Part shown: one piece after another, positions 14,101-21,879 of the stretch
How positions within the stretch are numbered: the first letter of the stretch is position 1
Layout of the letters: the number at the start of each line of letters is the position of its first letter
DNA from: a virus
DNA length: 64,000 nt
Reading direction: 5' to 3' (one strand)
Virus record (IMG/VR): IMGVR_UViG_3300013372_003978
Coordinates: 1-64,000 of that record
Made by a program: the position numbers and the translations under genes
Notes under the pieces: model-generated
The model's input: only the letters and a program-made list of their open reading frames with translations
What the model was told of the DNA's origin: nothing
Database searches by the model: none

Positions 14101-15550
14101 CAGGACCGACCTTAACAACATAAGTATTCGCAGAAGTAGCACCAGTTATGCTATCAACCGCTTCCTTAACGGAATTATAATCAACATTAGTACTTCCAGT
14201 TAAACCAACTGTTACTAAATTAACAACATTGGTTAAGCTATTAATACTTCTTTGTTCAATAATACCTGTTGATTGATTACGAACTAAAACATCAGTATCA
14301 GTCGTATTTGTGTTAGGAGTAGTGGATAAAGCAAATGTATTAGTGGTAAGTCCATTTGTGAATATTGCTGAACCAGCAACCGTACCGCCACTAAATGGTG
14401 TTGTCAATCCAGTTACATTAAACGTTCCCCCTGAATTATTAGTAAATACTGCTGTTCCAGTTGAATATGTACCACCAGTTACAAATGTATCAAAAATAGT
14501 TCTTGATGATAATTCACCATTAGGACCAGCAACAACCATTCTATCACCACTACCAGCTAATCTAGGTAATATCGTATTTACGTTGTTATCTCTAAATCTA
14601 ATATTACCACTACCATCAGCGATAACAATATTATTTGTTGTGGTTGAAGATAAACCAGTTGGTTTACCAAAAATAGTGTTATTTGAACCATTTATTACAC
14701 CTGATAACGATGTACCAATTATTGTGTTATTTGAACCTGAAACAATACCATCTGTAACATTATTAGAATTAGCCCCAAATAATATATTATCACTTCCTTT
14801 TGTTGCTGAACCTGCATAAAAACCTATTGCGATATTTCTAGAACCAGTATTATTATATAAAGAAAAACCACCTATTGCAACGTTTCTTTCAGCACCAGTG
14901 TTATTTTGCAAAGCAGCTGTACCAATACCTGTATTATAATTACCAGTAGTATTATAATGCAAAGCATATGCCCCAATTCCAAAATTTTGTACACCAGTAG
15001 TATTATATTTTAAACTTCCAGCACCAATACCTGCATTATAATTACCAGTTGTATTAGCACTAAGTGATTGACTACCAAAAGCTATGTTATTATTACCGTT
15101 TGTTATTGAAACTAAAGCATTTTTACCAAAAGATATATTATCACTAAGATTACCATAACCATAATTCCAAATTGTTGAGTTTGAATTATCATATTGTAAA
15201 TGTGGAATATAAGTATAACCAGTTATATTAAATGTACCACCTGTATTATTACTAAATACTGTTGTCCCAGAACCATATGTACCACCAGTAACCCTCACAT
15301 CAATTGGTAAACCTAGATATGTTGTTGCGGAAATAGTAGGAGCATATAATGCCCCACTCATTGTATCACCAGTTCTAGAAATTCTATCCCAACCTATTGG
15401 TAAGATAGAATTAGCGGTTGTACCTGATGTGTATAACATACCATCAGCACTATTTAATGCAATCTCACCTAGTAATAATTGTCCAGGTGATGGAATTTTA
15501 CCTGGTATACTTGAACGTTTTAATAAAAACGTATTAATCCTATTGGCCAT
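8135..15550 (-). CDS. Giant multidomain tail fibre/tailspike (2471 aa)
   Basis: N-terminal KRS..PGKIP...L..GEIALN.ADG anchor motif, NxxIG repeats, two pectin-lyase-like starts (DYNSVKEAVDSI...VGPG and GDFTSVKSAVDSI...VGPG), His motifs (DDHTQY, HASRH), ~27 17-aa repeats and several VTGGTY shaft repeats. Confidence 0.85.
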   Translation of the reverse strand: MANRINTFLLKRSSIPGKIPSPGQLLLGEIALNSADGMLYTSGTTANSILPIGWDRISRTGDTMSGALYAPTISATTYLGLPIDVRVTGGTYGSGTTVFSNNTGGTFNITGYTYIPHLQYDNSNSTIWNYGYGNLSDNISFGKNALVSITNGNNNIAFGSQSLSANTTGNYNAGIGAGSLKYNTTGVQNFGIGAYALHYNTTGNYNTGIGTAALQNNTGAERNVAIGGFSLYNNTGSRNIAIGFYAGSATKGSDNILFGANSNNVTDGIVSGSNNTIIGTSLSGVINGSNNTIFGKPTGLSSTTTNNIVIADGSGNIRFRDNNVNTILPRLAGSGDRMVVAGPNGELSSRTIFDTFVTGGTYSTGTAVFTNNSGGTFNVTGLTTPFSGGTVAGSAIFTNGLTTNTFALSTTPNTNTTDTDVLVRNQSTGIIEQRSINSLTNVVNLVTVGLTGSTNVDYNSVKEAVDSITGATSANTYVVKVGPGVFYEDPITMKSYVDVIGESETNTIIQANNPNTSLIIGADQSMVSDVQIQGCTGTNVAAVFYSSPTIPQLNAIFYVENVRFGSNYTHAKTVGTGGGNCIMQCSNVKYGGYPFTLGFYVTNDGSGVGRMQLRNVTSTNGGVTTTSGLIFAKADQPSCAFIVNGCLLTKATGSAAGTGFWVENGGSLRLTAVNFQRWETGIYVPQIGSAPSIEAIALNFENCTKDVNIIHSGATGKIQGTDNYSKTLININAPLYEVNQDPRIITVAKKGGDFTSVKSAVDSITGSSIDNRFLVSVGPGKFTEDEIDLTGKPYVSVEGSNIITSQIVPNTNTQHIFKIGQNNEISFLALSGAPIGYAAIYVNDIGDYAQAHKISFTDCDTNVWIESHTQDTTFYGEYLDFNGEYSYGTKIIAYNGYGALANMENYYNFPTGTGTTIANSVQGSGATLSVFVGDGIGNGVSGSTNYQIFDYASLNTMSTTSYNWGYAVRVLNNGGPARFDIDSLSIVDSLVWDLSIEHPNTFGTFGGGSSSHVKINNLSDDIYWAFLDVEDGEFEVTRKISVTFQDGTHTDASTLIFEGATMGLIEGGVITHVSGLTFEVSSGFGYLEKTINNGVHMRIDWGNTQITLSANSENYLYFNENEILSTSSNSPDNINNIILGRAVTDSTTVRFIDATPYNAKHTSNLLSTFNRNALGSIYVTGSLVTENATPYHLNISSGDYYFSEDNFLPSGGTNVNFTQYYRDGGAGWITTGTTEVINGYDDNSGFITTLPLSSFTKHTLYVVGDGLNEEYMLVLGQTYYTTLVEVEGGDLPTPPTYFNDSVTSIASIYIQQGFSGITEIQDIRPVIGFKAAGVSASAVHGNLLGLNADDHTQYLLVDGARAMTGNLSMGGNTIFSALTVNGVTVESHASRHQNGGADEIATSTPSASAIPKADTFGKLDGWISDASSSVKGLTRLSVNPLSASVPIAVGDNDSRFLNSFTGGTYSSGTIILNNNTGGTFNITGFTTPFTGGTVTGSTLFTNGLTANTFSATTYLGLPTDIRVTGGTYGFGTTVFTNNTGGTFNISGFSIGNEYWSGGTGLNSVVQSNSNSLAGGKGALAGGSGNSANSQYSVALGINSIADGFEILPVKTQITVISGITMTSSDPYYASYAVVFAGVDVYSEWYNYFYGPYGSESLFVIDDGVGNTYTLYDYTLTDIYYDGVDTYIVDANILLTSYITISGSPYYDLPTSFQKPAFVFGSNSVVTGDNSIVLGSNITGTSDNTTYVDYFEINRFKNNSVIFGFLAGFQATDASNSNFLGTAAGAYATYAGGSNFIGDSAGFSATSANQSNFIGKNAGRLATGAYESNFMGYFAGVGAYDAYRSNFFGSAAGYGATGAQFSNFLGENAGYGATGANNSNFLGRNAGNEATNANNSNFFGNQAGYNATNANRSNFFGAGAGTSATGASYSNFFGSSAGNGATLASYSNFMGYQAGNGATNAASSNFIGKNAGYNATGASNSNFFGDSTGQFATNAPNSNFLGQQAGYAATGANNSNFFGYNAGYQASSAYGSNFLGFGAGSGAFYANQSNFFGYAAGYQATNASYSNFIGNLAGYSATNATNSNFFGISAGYQATGASNSNFIGSAAGYQAANANQSNFFGQYAGQNATSASGSTFIGYQAGYQATKASLSNFIGASAGYQSTNASGSTFIGNSAGLNAPNASYSNFFGSLAGIVATNANHSNFFGRNAGYQATIASYSNLFGYNVGRGDVLDSIGSNNIIIGTNISLPTLTTNSINIGGVLFGANTYEITTGIPSISAQTQGRIGINVVNPSQALHVSGNTLINGNLTATTISATTYYNLPVDVRVTGGTYSAGTAVFSNNTGGTFSVTGFSTSTGVSFTGGTVTGSTIFTNGVSASTFSATTYLGLPLDIRVTGGTYSAGTAVFSNNTGGTFSVTGFSTSTGGGTFTGGTVSGPTTFTNGVSANTFSATTIEGGDLDFMMVSLFRTLYNY
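8860..10275 (-). repeat. Array 1 of 51-bp/17-aa repeats SNF(F/L/I/M)GxxAGxxA(T/S)xAxx (~27 units)
   Basis: Counted from the translation; the DNA core aaatttga recurs every 51 nt. Confidence 0.95.
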
Positions 15551-15611
15551 ATTTATGGTTTATTTGTGTGGCTTCTATATAGAAGATTATTATAATTTAG
15601 GTTATATAACC
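15547..15611 (-). promoter_or_regulatory. Three short hairpins/palindromes in the leader of the giant fibre gene, the last overlapping the AUG
   Basis: GGTTATATAACC (15600-15611), CTTCTATATAGAAG (15572-15585) and CCATAAATATGG (minus strand, 15547-15558). Confidence 0.65.
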
Positions 15612-15612
15612 A

Positions 15613-15627
15613 TTATAATATAAATAT
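15613..15627 (-). promoter_or_regulatory. Putative late promoter motif ATATTTAT
   Basis: Minus strand ATATTTATATTATAA; same core as upstream of other structural genes. Confidence 0.55.
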
Positions 15628-15650
15628 GTAGTAATTAAAGTTTATCCATA

Positions 15651-15675
15651 AAAAAAAGGACCGAAGCCCTTTTTA
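15651..15675 (-). terminator. Rho-independent terminator with C(UUCG)G tetraloop
   Basis: Minus strand AAAAAGGGC-TTCG-GTCCTTTTTTT directly after the GIY-YIG stop. Confidence 0.85.
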
Positions 15676-15676
15676 T

Positions 15677-16447
15677 TTAATCTTTAAATTTCCAAACAAA
15701 CCCACCAGCTGTTTTAGCTTTTCCGTTACAAACGCTACCAACATTACCTATATGAAAACCATCATCCAACACTTGTGATAAAAATTCATATTCTTTAATA
15801 AAAATACCATCTTTAGTGTATTGTTTAACAGCTTTTCTTTTAACACTTATTTTTCCCCACATTGGATTCTTATCTCCCAATTGTCTTTCACCCATTCCAT
15901 ATGCTGGATTCTTATCACCCTCATTAGCTTTTCGTATTTTATTAACAACATCTTCAGGATGTTTACGTCCAGTTTGTGATTCTCGCATTTTTTCTTTAAC
16001 TAAATCAGCTTTATCTTTACCAATTCTTTCTTCCAAAGATACACCTTTTCTTTTTAATGAAAAAACATCTTTTTGTTCTTGAGTCCACTTTTTACCAAAA
16101 TTAGGGTTATTTTCACCACTCATTATTTTACTAGTTTTCACCTTAACATAATCAGACCATTTCATAGTTGATGGGTCTTTCATATTATAATTTAAATCAG
16201 AATTAATTCCACCATATTCATTAATCCAATAAACTTCTCTATTATCTAAATCATTAGTAAGTTCAATATGTTCAAAAATAAATTTATCTTTACCATGTTT
16301 GTTATATGATTTTTGTAAATGTTCATTATGATGTTCATTTTTACCTAAACGATAAAAATGTTCTCGTTCACGTTCATTAAGTCTATCTGATTGACCAATA
16401 TAAACTTTATTATTTGTTAAGTTTGTAATTTTGTAAATACCTTTCAT
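15677..16447 (-). CDS. Free-standing GIY-YIG homing endonuclease with NUMOD3/NUMOD1-type DNA-binding repeats
   Basis: N-terminal GIYKITNLTNNKVYIGQS, catalytic R/E/N pattern (ERE.H, REVYWI, YN), GE.NP.(F/Y/W)G repeats and a C-terminal VKQY...G.FIKEY...KTAGGFVWKF. Confidence 0.92.
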   Translation of the reverse strand: MKGIYKITNLTNNKVYIGQSDRLNEREREHFYRLGKNEHHNEHLQKSYNKHGKDKFIFEHIELTNDLDNREVYWINEYGGINSDLNYNMKDPSTMKWSDYVKVKTSKIMSGENNPNFGKKWTQEQKDVFSLKRKGVSLEERIGKDKADLVKEKMRESQTGRKHPEDVVNKIRKANEGDKNPAYGMGERQLGDKNPMWGKISVKRKAVKQYTKDGIFIKEYEFLSQVLDDGFHIGNVGSVCNGKAKTAGGFVWKFKD

Positions 16448-16475
16448 AATTATTATTTTAAAATTTGTTATAATA

Positions 16476-16502
16476 AAAAAGGATGAGTTATTTATCCTTT
16501 TT
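16476..16502 (-). promoter_or_regulatory. Terminator/attenuator-like hairpin between the promoter and the endonuclease start
   Basis: AAAAAGGAT-N9-ATCCTTTTT inverted repeat. TATATTTA -7-like box just upstream at 16504-16511. Confidence 0.55.
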
Positions 16503-16574
16503 GTAAATATAAGAAAAATAATTTAATTAGTAAATACTTCGGTCAATAATAATTAAAACTAGTAGGTTCCACCG

Positions 16575-18047
16575 TCAATATTGTCCACCATCTAGTATAT
16601 CAAATTCTGCTAGAACCCTTACACCATTTGGTGTTTCTGGATTGGTACTTCTAATAACAATGTCATTCAATTGTGTTACCCAAGCTCTGTTACTATAACC
16701 AGTAGAGCCTATATATTCAGTTATTGTTGGTATTTCAGTTGATGTTAAACCAGTAAAGGTATCCATTGACCTAATATCTAAACTTACATCACCACCATTT
16801 ATTCCATTACCATCTTGTATTGTCCAACCAGCACCTATAGATGTTGCTATCGTATTACCAGTTGGATTATAATTAAGAATTATGTTATTATCTTCAACAT
16901 ATAAATTAGAAGTAAATGCTGAAACACTAGGGCCAAATACTGTTAAACTACCATTAATAACCACATCACCAATTCCATTGCTACCAACAGTTAAACCACC
17001 AGTACCAACTTTTAATGAACCCGAATAAGGTAAATCCATATTAATACCATCAAAAAATGCTGAGGTATTAGTAACCAATTTACCATCAGTTGTTGTGTAA
17101 ACTAAATAATTTGGATTTAAATCAGAAACAGTTAATCCAGAAACAGTTGAAATTGTTAGTGTTTTATTTGGTTGGTTTTGGTTTTGGTTTAAACTAATTG
17201 TATTTGTTGTTGGTGAATAAGTAAATCCAGTAACATATGTATCTATACCTGTAATAGCTGAAATTGAACTTAAAACAAATCCATTTGTTGTACCAGATAA
17301 AAATTTACCAGAAACATCAGATAAACCATCATAAGTAGCAAGATTACCTAAATTTAATGTAGTTGCACCTAAAGTAGTTATTGTTCCACCAGTTGTATTA
17401 AGTGTATTTATATTAGCAGTTGTACTTCCTAAAGTAGTAATAGTTCCACCAGTAGCATTAATTGTATTAACGTTAGATGTAGTAGCATTTGAAGTAATTG
17501 CACTTAATATACCAGTAACAGTTAAACCTGTCATTGTATTTATCAATATTGATAAATTATCTTGATTTTGATTTCTTTTTATTGTTGCTACGTTATTATT
17601 ATATGTAAATCCAGTAACATATGTGTCTACACCTGTAATAGCTGAAATTGAGCTTAAAACAAATCCATTTGTTGTACCAGATAAAAATTTATTAGAAACA
17701 TCAGATAAACCATTATAAGTGGCAAGATTACCTAAATTTAAAGTTGTAGAACTTAATGTAATTATTGTACCACCAGTAGCGTTAAGCGTATTTATGTTAG
17801 ATATTACGCTATTTATTTCTCTAAATCTAAAAGTAGGTGTACCAGCATCAATTGTTGCATCTACTTCTGGTAAAAGTGATTTATTTATTATTAATTCATC
17901 AGGTGTTAATGATATACTAGTATCACTATCACAACTAATTACTTCATTAGTATAAACACCAGTACATGCAGTTATAGTAGGAGTAAGCTCAGTTGACTCA
18001 ATTATAAATGTTTCATTGATATTTGGTGGATTATTTAAATAACTCAT
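16575..18047 (-). CDS. Virion structural/fibre-like protein (490 aa) with internal duplication
   Basis: T/G/N-rich. VEDNNIILN motif, DTYVTGFTY repeats and a C-terminal LDGGQY. Confidence 0.75.
   Translation of the reverse strand: MSYLNNPPNINETFIIESTELTPTITACTGVYTNEVISCDSDTSISLTPDELIINKSLLPEVDATIDAGTPTFRFREINSVISNINTLNATGGTIITLSSTTLNLGNLATYNGLSDVSNKFLSGTTNGFVLSSISAITGVDTYVTGFTYNNNVATIKRNQNQDNLSILINTMTGLTVTGILSAITSNATTSNVNTINATGGTITTLGSTTANINTLNTTGGTITTLGATTLNLGNLATYDGLSDVSGKFLSGTTNGFVLSSISAITGIDTYVTGFTYSPTTNTISLNQNQNQPNKTLTISTVSGLTVSDLNPNYLVYTTTDGKLVTNTSAFFDGINMDLPYSGSLKVGTGGLTVGSNGIGDVVINGSLTVFGPSVSAFTSNLYVEDNNIILNYNPTGNTIATSIGAGWTIQDGNGINGGDVSLDIRSMDTFTGLTSTEIPTITEYIGSTGYSNRAWVTQLNDIVIRSTNPETPNGVRVLAEFDILDGGQY
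17221..17741. repeat. 137-bp near-identical direct repeat (17221-17357 and 17605-17741)
   Basis: Manual alignment gives 7 mismatches, all transitions; offset 384 nt, in frame. Confidence 0.9.
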
Positions 18048-19108
18048 TACTCTGTTGACCCTATTAATTTAAACATACCTGTTGCTAAGTAAGTTTTATA
18101 TACTCTTATTGTTATAACATCATTTTCATTAATGACTATTGGTGATGCTAATATCAAACCATCAAATATACCAACACCATTAACTATTATCACTATTCTA
18201 GATAAACCAGAAATTTCATTTAATTGAGAAAACGTAACATTATATTTAGCCACAAATGAAAATTCTGTTTTAGTTTTAGGTTTAAATACAAAACTATAAA
18301 CAGCCACATTACCTTTCCTATTTGTATCAAAAACAACATCAGGTGTTATTCTATTCTCATCAACTTCCATTGACAACATTGTTCTATTAATAGTTGGTAT
18401 TACTTCAAAATCTTCCTCATCTAGAATATAACCTAACAACTTCATTTCAAACATTTGAACATAAAAACGTCTATTTTCAAAATCATCAATATTACTTTCA
18501 TCACCTATATTTTCTAAATGTAATGGCATTGGATGTCCGTTAACATTTATATAACATTGTCTAGATTGAAAAGCTCTTTGTATCTTATTATTAAATCTAT
18601 TTAAATCTTTCATCTTATTGGTAAATAATCTCACCTCATATGTTAAATCTACAGAAGTTGGTTGTGGTACTTTATACAAATCCATACCATGCCTTACCCC
18701 ATCAAATGTTGGAACCTTCATATACGTATAAGTCCTATCACCTGGAATATTCCAACGACCAGCTTGATTTTGACCTTGCTGGATATCTGGTTGTCTAATA
18801 ATTGTAATAAATGGTAATTGAATATCTTTATATTTATCAGAAAATTGCCATGTTTTTGTAAATTCTATCCATCTTTGAATAGTTAGGAAAATAACAGGAA
18901 CCTTAACACCATCAATACTTAAAGATAAACGTTTATCAGATGTAACAAAATCGATAACTGTTTCATCCATATCTTCTTCCATTACACCTTTAGGTAAATA
19001 AGTACCTTTGTCGGCAATACCATCAAGGATTTCTTGTCGTCTAGCAACTCCAATCTTTTCATTTTTAATATTAATATTGGTTAAATAACCTTTAGGCATT
19101 GCACACAT
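18047..19108 (-). CDS. Putative tail completion/terminator protein (T4 gp15-like)
   Basis: VPVIF...RW, IQLPFITIIR and PTSVDLTYEVRLFT motifs; adjacent to a gp14-like gene. Confidence 0.6.
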   Translation of the reverse strand: MCAMPKGYLTNINIKNEKIGVARRQEILDGIADKGTYLPKGVMEEDMDETVIDFVTSDKRLSLSIDGVKVPVIFLTIQRWIEFTKTWQFSDKYKDIQLPFITIIRQPDIQQGQNQAGRWNIPGDRTYTYMKVPTFDGVRHGMDLYKVPQPTSVDLTYEVRLFTNKMKDLNRFNNKIQRAFQSRQCYINVNGHPMPLHLENIGDESNIDDFENRRFYVQMFEMKLLGYILDEEDFEVIPTINRTMLSMEVDENRITPDVVFDTNRKGNVAVYSFVFKPKTKTEFSFVAKYNVTFSQLNEISGLSRIVIIVNGVGIFDGLILASPIVINENDVITIRVYKTYLATGMFKLIGSTE

Positions 19109-19126
19109 ATCTTTTATCTTTTATTT

Positions 19127-19648
19127 TTATATCGCTCTAAACTCATTAGCGTCTACACTAGTACAAATAACTGTTCTAAATGCACCTTTGTAGCCCATAA
19201 TTGTATGTTTATTATCATAATTTTTAACGCCATCATTAATAACACTAAAATATCTAATTTCTGTTTCTGTAACTGGATAACCTATATAATCACCGTAGCT
19301 AATTTCTGTTTTTAATTCATTTAATTGAGCATCATAAATTCCAAAGGTTAATTGGCCATCTTGAAGATATCTCAAAGTACCATTTGGATTATATGCTTTA
19401 TTTTCAGGTTCTGCCATAATTGGAATAACCTTAAGTTCAACTGGTGGTAAATATCTAATACCATCTTTTGATGCTTCACCATAAACACCATCATATTCGG
19501 TTAATTGCCTATCAATTCGATATAATATTAATGTAAAATTTCCATCACCTTCAATAGCCTCACGACCCATTTCAATTTCCAAGTTAAAATCTTCCTCAGA
19601 AAAAAATTTATTTATTCTCGTGATAGGTGTTATACGTTTATTATCCAT
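19127..19648 (-). CDS. Putative neck/head-closure protein (T4 gp14-like)
   Basis: LYRID....D.VYGEA....Y.PPVEL, GQLTFGIY...L and GDYI pattern. Confidence 0.6.
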   Translation of the reverse strand: MDNKRITPITRINKFFSEEDFNLEIEMGREAIEGDGNFTLILYRIDRQLTEYDGVYGEASKDGIRYLPPVELKVIPIMAEPENKAYNPNGTLRYLQDGQLTFGIYDAQLNELKTEISYGDYIGYPVTETEIRYFSVINDGVKNYDNKHTIMGYKGAFRTVICTSVDANEFRAI

Positions 19649-19651
19649 AGC

Positions 19652-19667
19652 TTTTATATATAAATAT
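19652..19667 (-). promoter_or_regulatory. Putative late promoter motif
   Basis: Minus strand ATATTTATATATAAAA just upstream of the ATG at 19648. Confidence 0.55.
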
Positions 19668-19695
19668 TATCTTTTTAAGAATAACTATAATAGAC

Positions 19696-19726
19696 TTGAT
19701 TTTTATTTTTATTTTGCTTATATTTA
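19696..19726 (+). promoter_or_regulatory. Bacteroidota-type promoter variant (TTG-N20-TATATTTA)
   Basis: TTG 19696-98 and TATATTTA 19719-26; implies the helicase start lies downstream. Confidence 0.5.
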
Positions 19727-19758
19727 ACTATTATAACCAGGTAAAAATATATATTAAC

Positions 19759-21582
19759 TTGATAAATTTAAATGAAATTAAAGGACGTTCAGCAATATCT
19801 CTAATAGAAGTCTATGAGGGTATGAATCCGTATCTTAGAAAGTTAAAACAAGACTTTCTTAAAAATAAAAAATTAGCACTTACTGATAACCAAACAGCAT
19901 ATATTATAAATAATCATGACAAAGAACCTATTTTTATTAATAGAGTTATTAGAATTTCTAATTATTTAGGTGAAGAATTAAAAAAACAAAATGAATTAAC
20001 ATTTACACCTGAAAAAATACTAGTTGAATTTATATTAGCTGAAACTGATAAATCATTCCATATATATGGTAAATTATCAACAAAACAAAACCCATCAAAA
20101 ATGTATTTTTTACCTAAAACACAAATATTTGATGACCCATATTTTGAACCAATAACTGTAGATGTTGATTTTACCCCATATAATGATATTTTAGCCAAAC
20201 ATGGTAAAAAATTATACCAACACCAAGAAGAAGGTGTTAAATTCTTATTATCTAGAAATGGTTCAATATTAGCTGACGACATGGGACTGGGAAAATCTAT
20301 CCAATCAATTATTGCAGCATTGGAAAGTGGTGCTAAAAAAATTATTATCGTTTGTCCTTCATCAACCAAAATTAATTGGGAAAGGGAAATAAATGTTTTT
20401 TGTAATGATACAGCAATTGTTGATGGTAAAAAATGGAAAGAAGCAAAATTCACAATTATTAATTTTGATATTCTTAAAAATTTTCATACTCTTAAAGATA
20501 AAAACAAAGTAGATGCTAAATTAAATAGAGAATTAGTAGATGCTAATTTTGATTTAGCAATCATTGATGAAGCACATTATCTTAAAAATAATGATAGTAT
20601 TCGTGGTAAAATAATGGTCGAATTATCAACAAAACATAATATAAATAAAGTTTGGTTGCTTACAGGTACACCAGTTGCTAATAGACCAATGGATTTCTTT
20701 AATCTATTAAAGATTATTAAGTCCCCTATAGCAGAAAATTGGAAACATTATGCCGTAAGATACTGTGAAGCAAAACAGTTCTTTAGAACGCTTAAAAATG
20801 GTACTAAAAAGCAAATATGGTTAACAGATGGTGCTAGTAATCTTGAAGAATTAGCTTCTAAAACAAAAAATATAATTCTTAGAAGACTTAAGACTGAAGT
20901 ATTAGATATGCCAGATAAAGTCGTTACGCCAATGTATCAAGAATTAGATAAAAAAGGGTGGATTGAATATAATGAACTTTGGGATGAATATGTGACTAAG
21001 AGAATACTAGAAGAAAAAAAAACAAATGAAGAGCAAAAGAGTTTAGTTGAACTTATTTTGTTAAGAAAGTTTATTGCCGCACAAGCAATACCTTATACTA
21101 TTGAAATGGCTGAAAACGCAATAGAAATGGGTCGTAAAGTTATTATATTTACTAGTTTTACTGAAGAGTTAGAAATATTACAAGCTCATTTTGGAAAGAT
21201 AGCTGTTAAACATAATGGGCCTATGACAACATTTCAAAAACAAAAATCAGTAGACGCATTTCAACAAAATGCTAAGATTAAAGTATTTATTGGTAATATT
21301 AAATCAGCTGGTGTTGGTATTACTCTTACTGAAGGTACGGTTGTAATATTCAATTCATTTGATTGGGTACCAGGTAGTAATGAACAAGCTGAAGATAGAG
21401 CATTTAGGATTGGTCAAAAAAATGACGTTAACGTTTATTATCAATTATTTGATAATACAATTTCCACTAGAATGTGGGAAATGCTTAATAATAAAAAAGA
21501 TATTATTTCAACTATTATGGGTGAAAAAGTATTGAGTGATGATGAAATAACAACCTTATTGGTTGAACAAATTAATAAATAA
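19759..21582 (+). CDS. SNF2-family (SMARCAL1/HARP-like) DNA helicase/translocase
   Basis: ILADDMGLGKS, DEAH, LLTGTP, GVGITLT and QAEDRAFRIGQ motifs. Likely start is the in-frame TTG at 19759 (ORF track starts at 19696). Confidence 0.93.
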   Translation: MINLNEIKGRSAISLIEVYEGMNPYLRKLKQDFLKNKKLALTDNQTAYIINNHDKEPIFINRVIRISNYLGEELKKQNELTFTPEKILVEFILAETDKSFHIYGKLSTKQNPSKMYFLPKTQIFDDPYFEPITVDVDFTPYNDILAKHGKKLYQHQEEGVKFLLSRNGSILADDMGLGKSIQSIIAALESGAKKIIIVCPSSTKINWEREINVFCNDTAIVDGKKWKEAKFTIINFDILKNFHTLKDKNKVDAKLNRELVDANFDLAIIDEAHYLKNNDSIRGKIMVELSTKHNINKVWLLTGTPVANRPMDFFNLLKIIKSPIAENWKHYAVRYCEAKQFFRTLKNGTKKQIWLTDGASNLEELASKTKNIILRRLKTEVLDMPDKVVTPMYQELDKKGWIEYNELWDEYVTKRILEEKKTNEEQKSLVELILLRKFIAAQAIPYTIEMAENAIEMGRKVIIFTSFTEELEILQAHFGKIAVKHNGPMTTFQKQKSVDAFQQNAKIKVFIGNIKSAGVGITLTEGTVVIFNSFDWVPGSNEQAEDRAFRIGQKNDVNVYYQLFDNTISTRMWEMLNNKKDIISTIMGEKVLSDDEITTLLVEQINK

Positions 21583-21588
21583 ATAAAA

Positions 21589-21843
21589 ATGGTAGTAGTT
21601 TATAGTATACCTCAATGTCCTTATTGTACAGAACTTAAAGAAAAGTTAACAGAAAATAATATTGAATTTAAAGATGTTAATGTTTTTTTAGTAGAAAATA
21701 ATGAAGAATATGCAACAATTGTTGAAAAAACAAAATCTGATGAAGTTCCAATTGTTAAAGTTGGAAATCAATTACTAGTTCCTAATGTATCTTTTCATTC
21801 AATTAATGAAGCCTATGATTTAACTAAGAAATTTTTAGTCTAA
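21589..21843 (+). CDS. Glutaredoxin/NrdH-like redoxin
   Basis: VYS.P.CPYC motif and VP motif, 84 aa. Confidence 0.9.
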   Translation: MVVVYSIPQCPYCTELKEKLTENNIEFKDVNVFLVENNEEYATIVEKTKSDEVPIVKVGNQLLVPNVSFHSINEAYDLTKKFLV

Positions 21844-21857
21844 TTTGTTTTTTCTTT

Positions 21858-21872
21858 ATATTTATAATAAAA
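21858..21872 (+). promoter_or_regulatory. Putative late promoter ATATTTATAATAAAA
   Basis: Exact 15-mer also at 41091-41105 (+) and 41062-41076 (-). Confidence 0.7.
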
Positions 21873-21879
21873 GAAAATA

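Noticed and set aside
15551-16574. GIY-YIG ORF as part of a group I intron
   Set aside because: Flanking genes are complete with their own start and stop. The non-coding flanks are only ~125 nt, AT-rich, with a promoter and terminator and no visible intron core.
17221-17741. Near-identical repeat pair as a DGR template/variable repeat
   Set aside because: Mismatches are not confined to adenines of one copy, both copies are inside one ORF, and there is no reverse transcriptase in the window.
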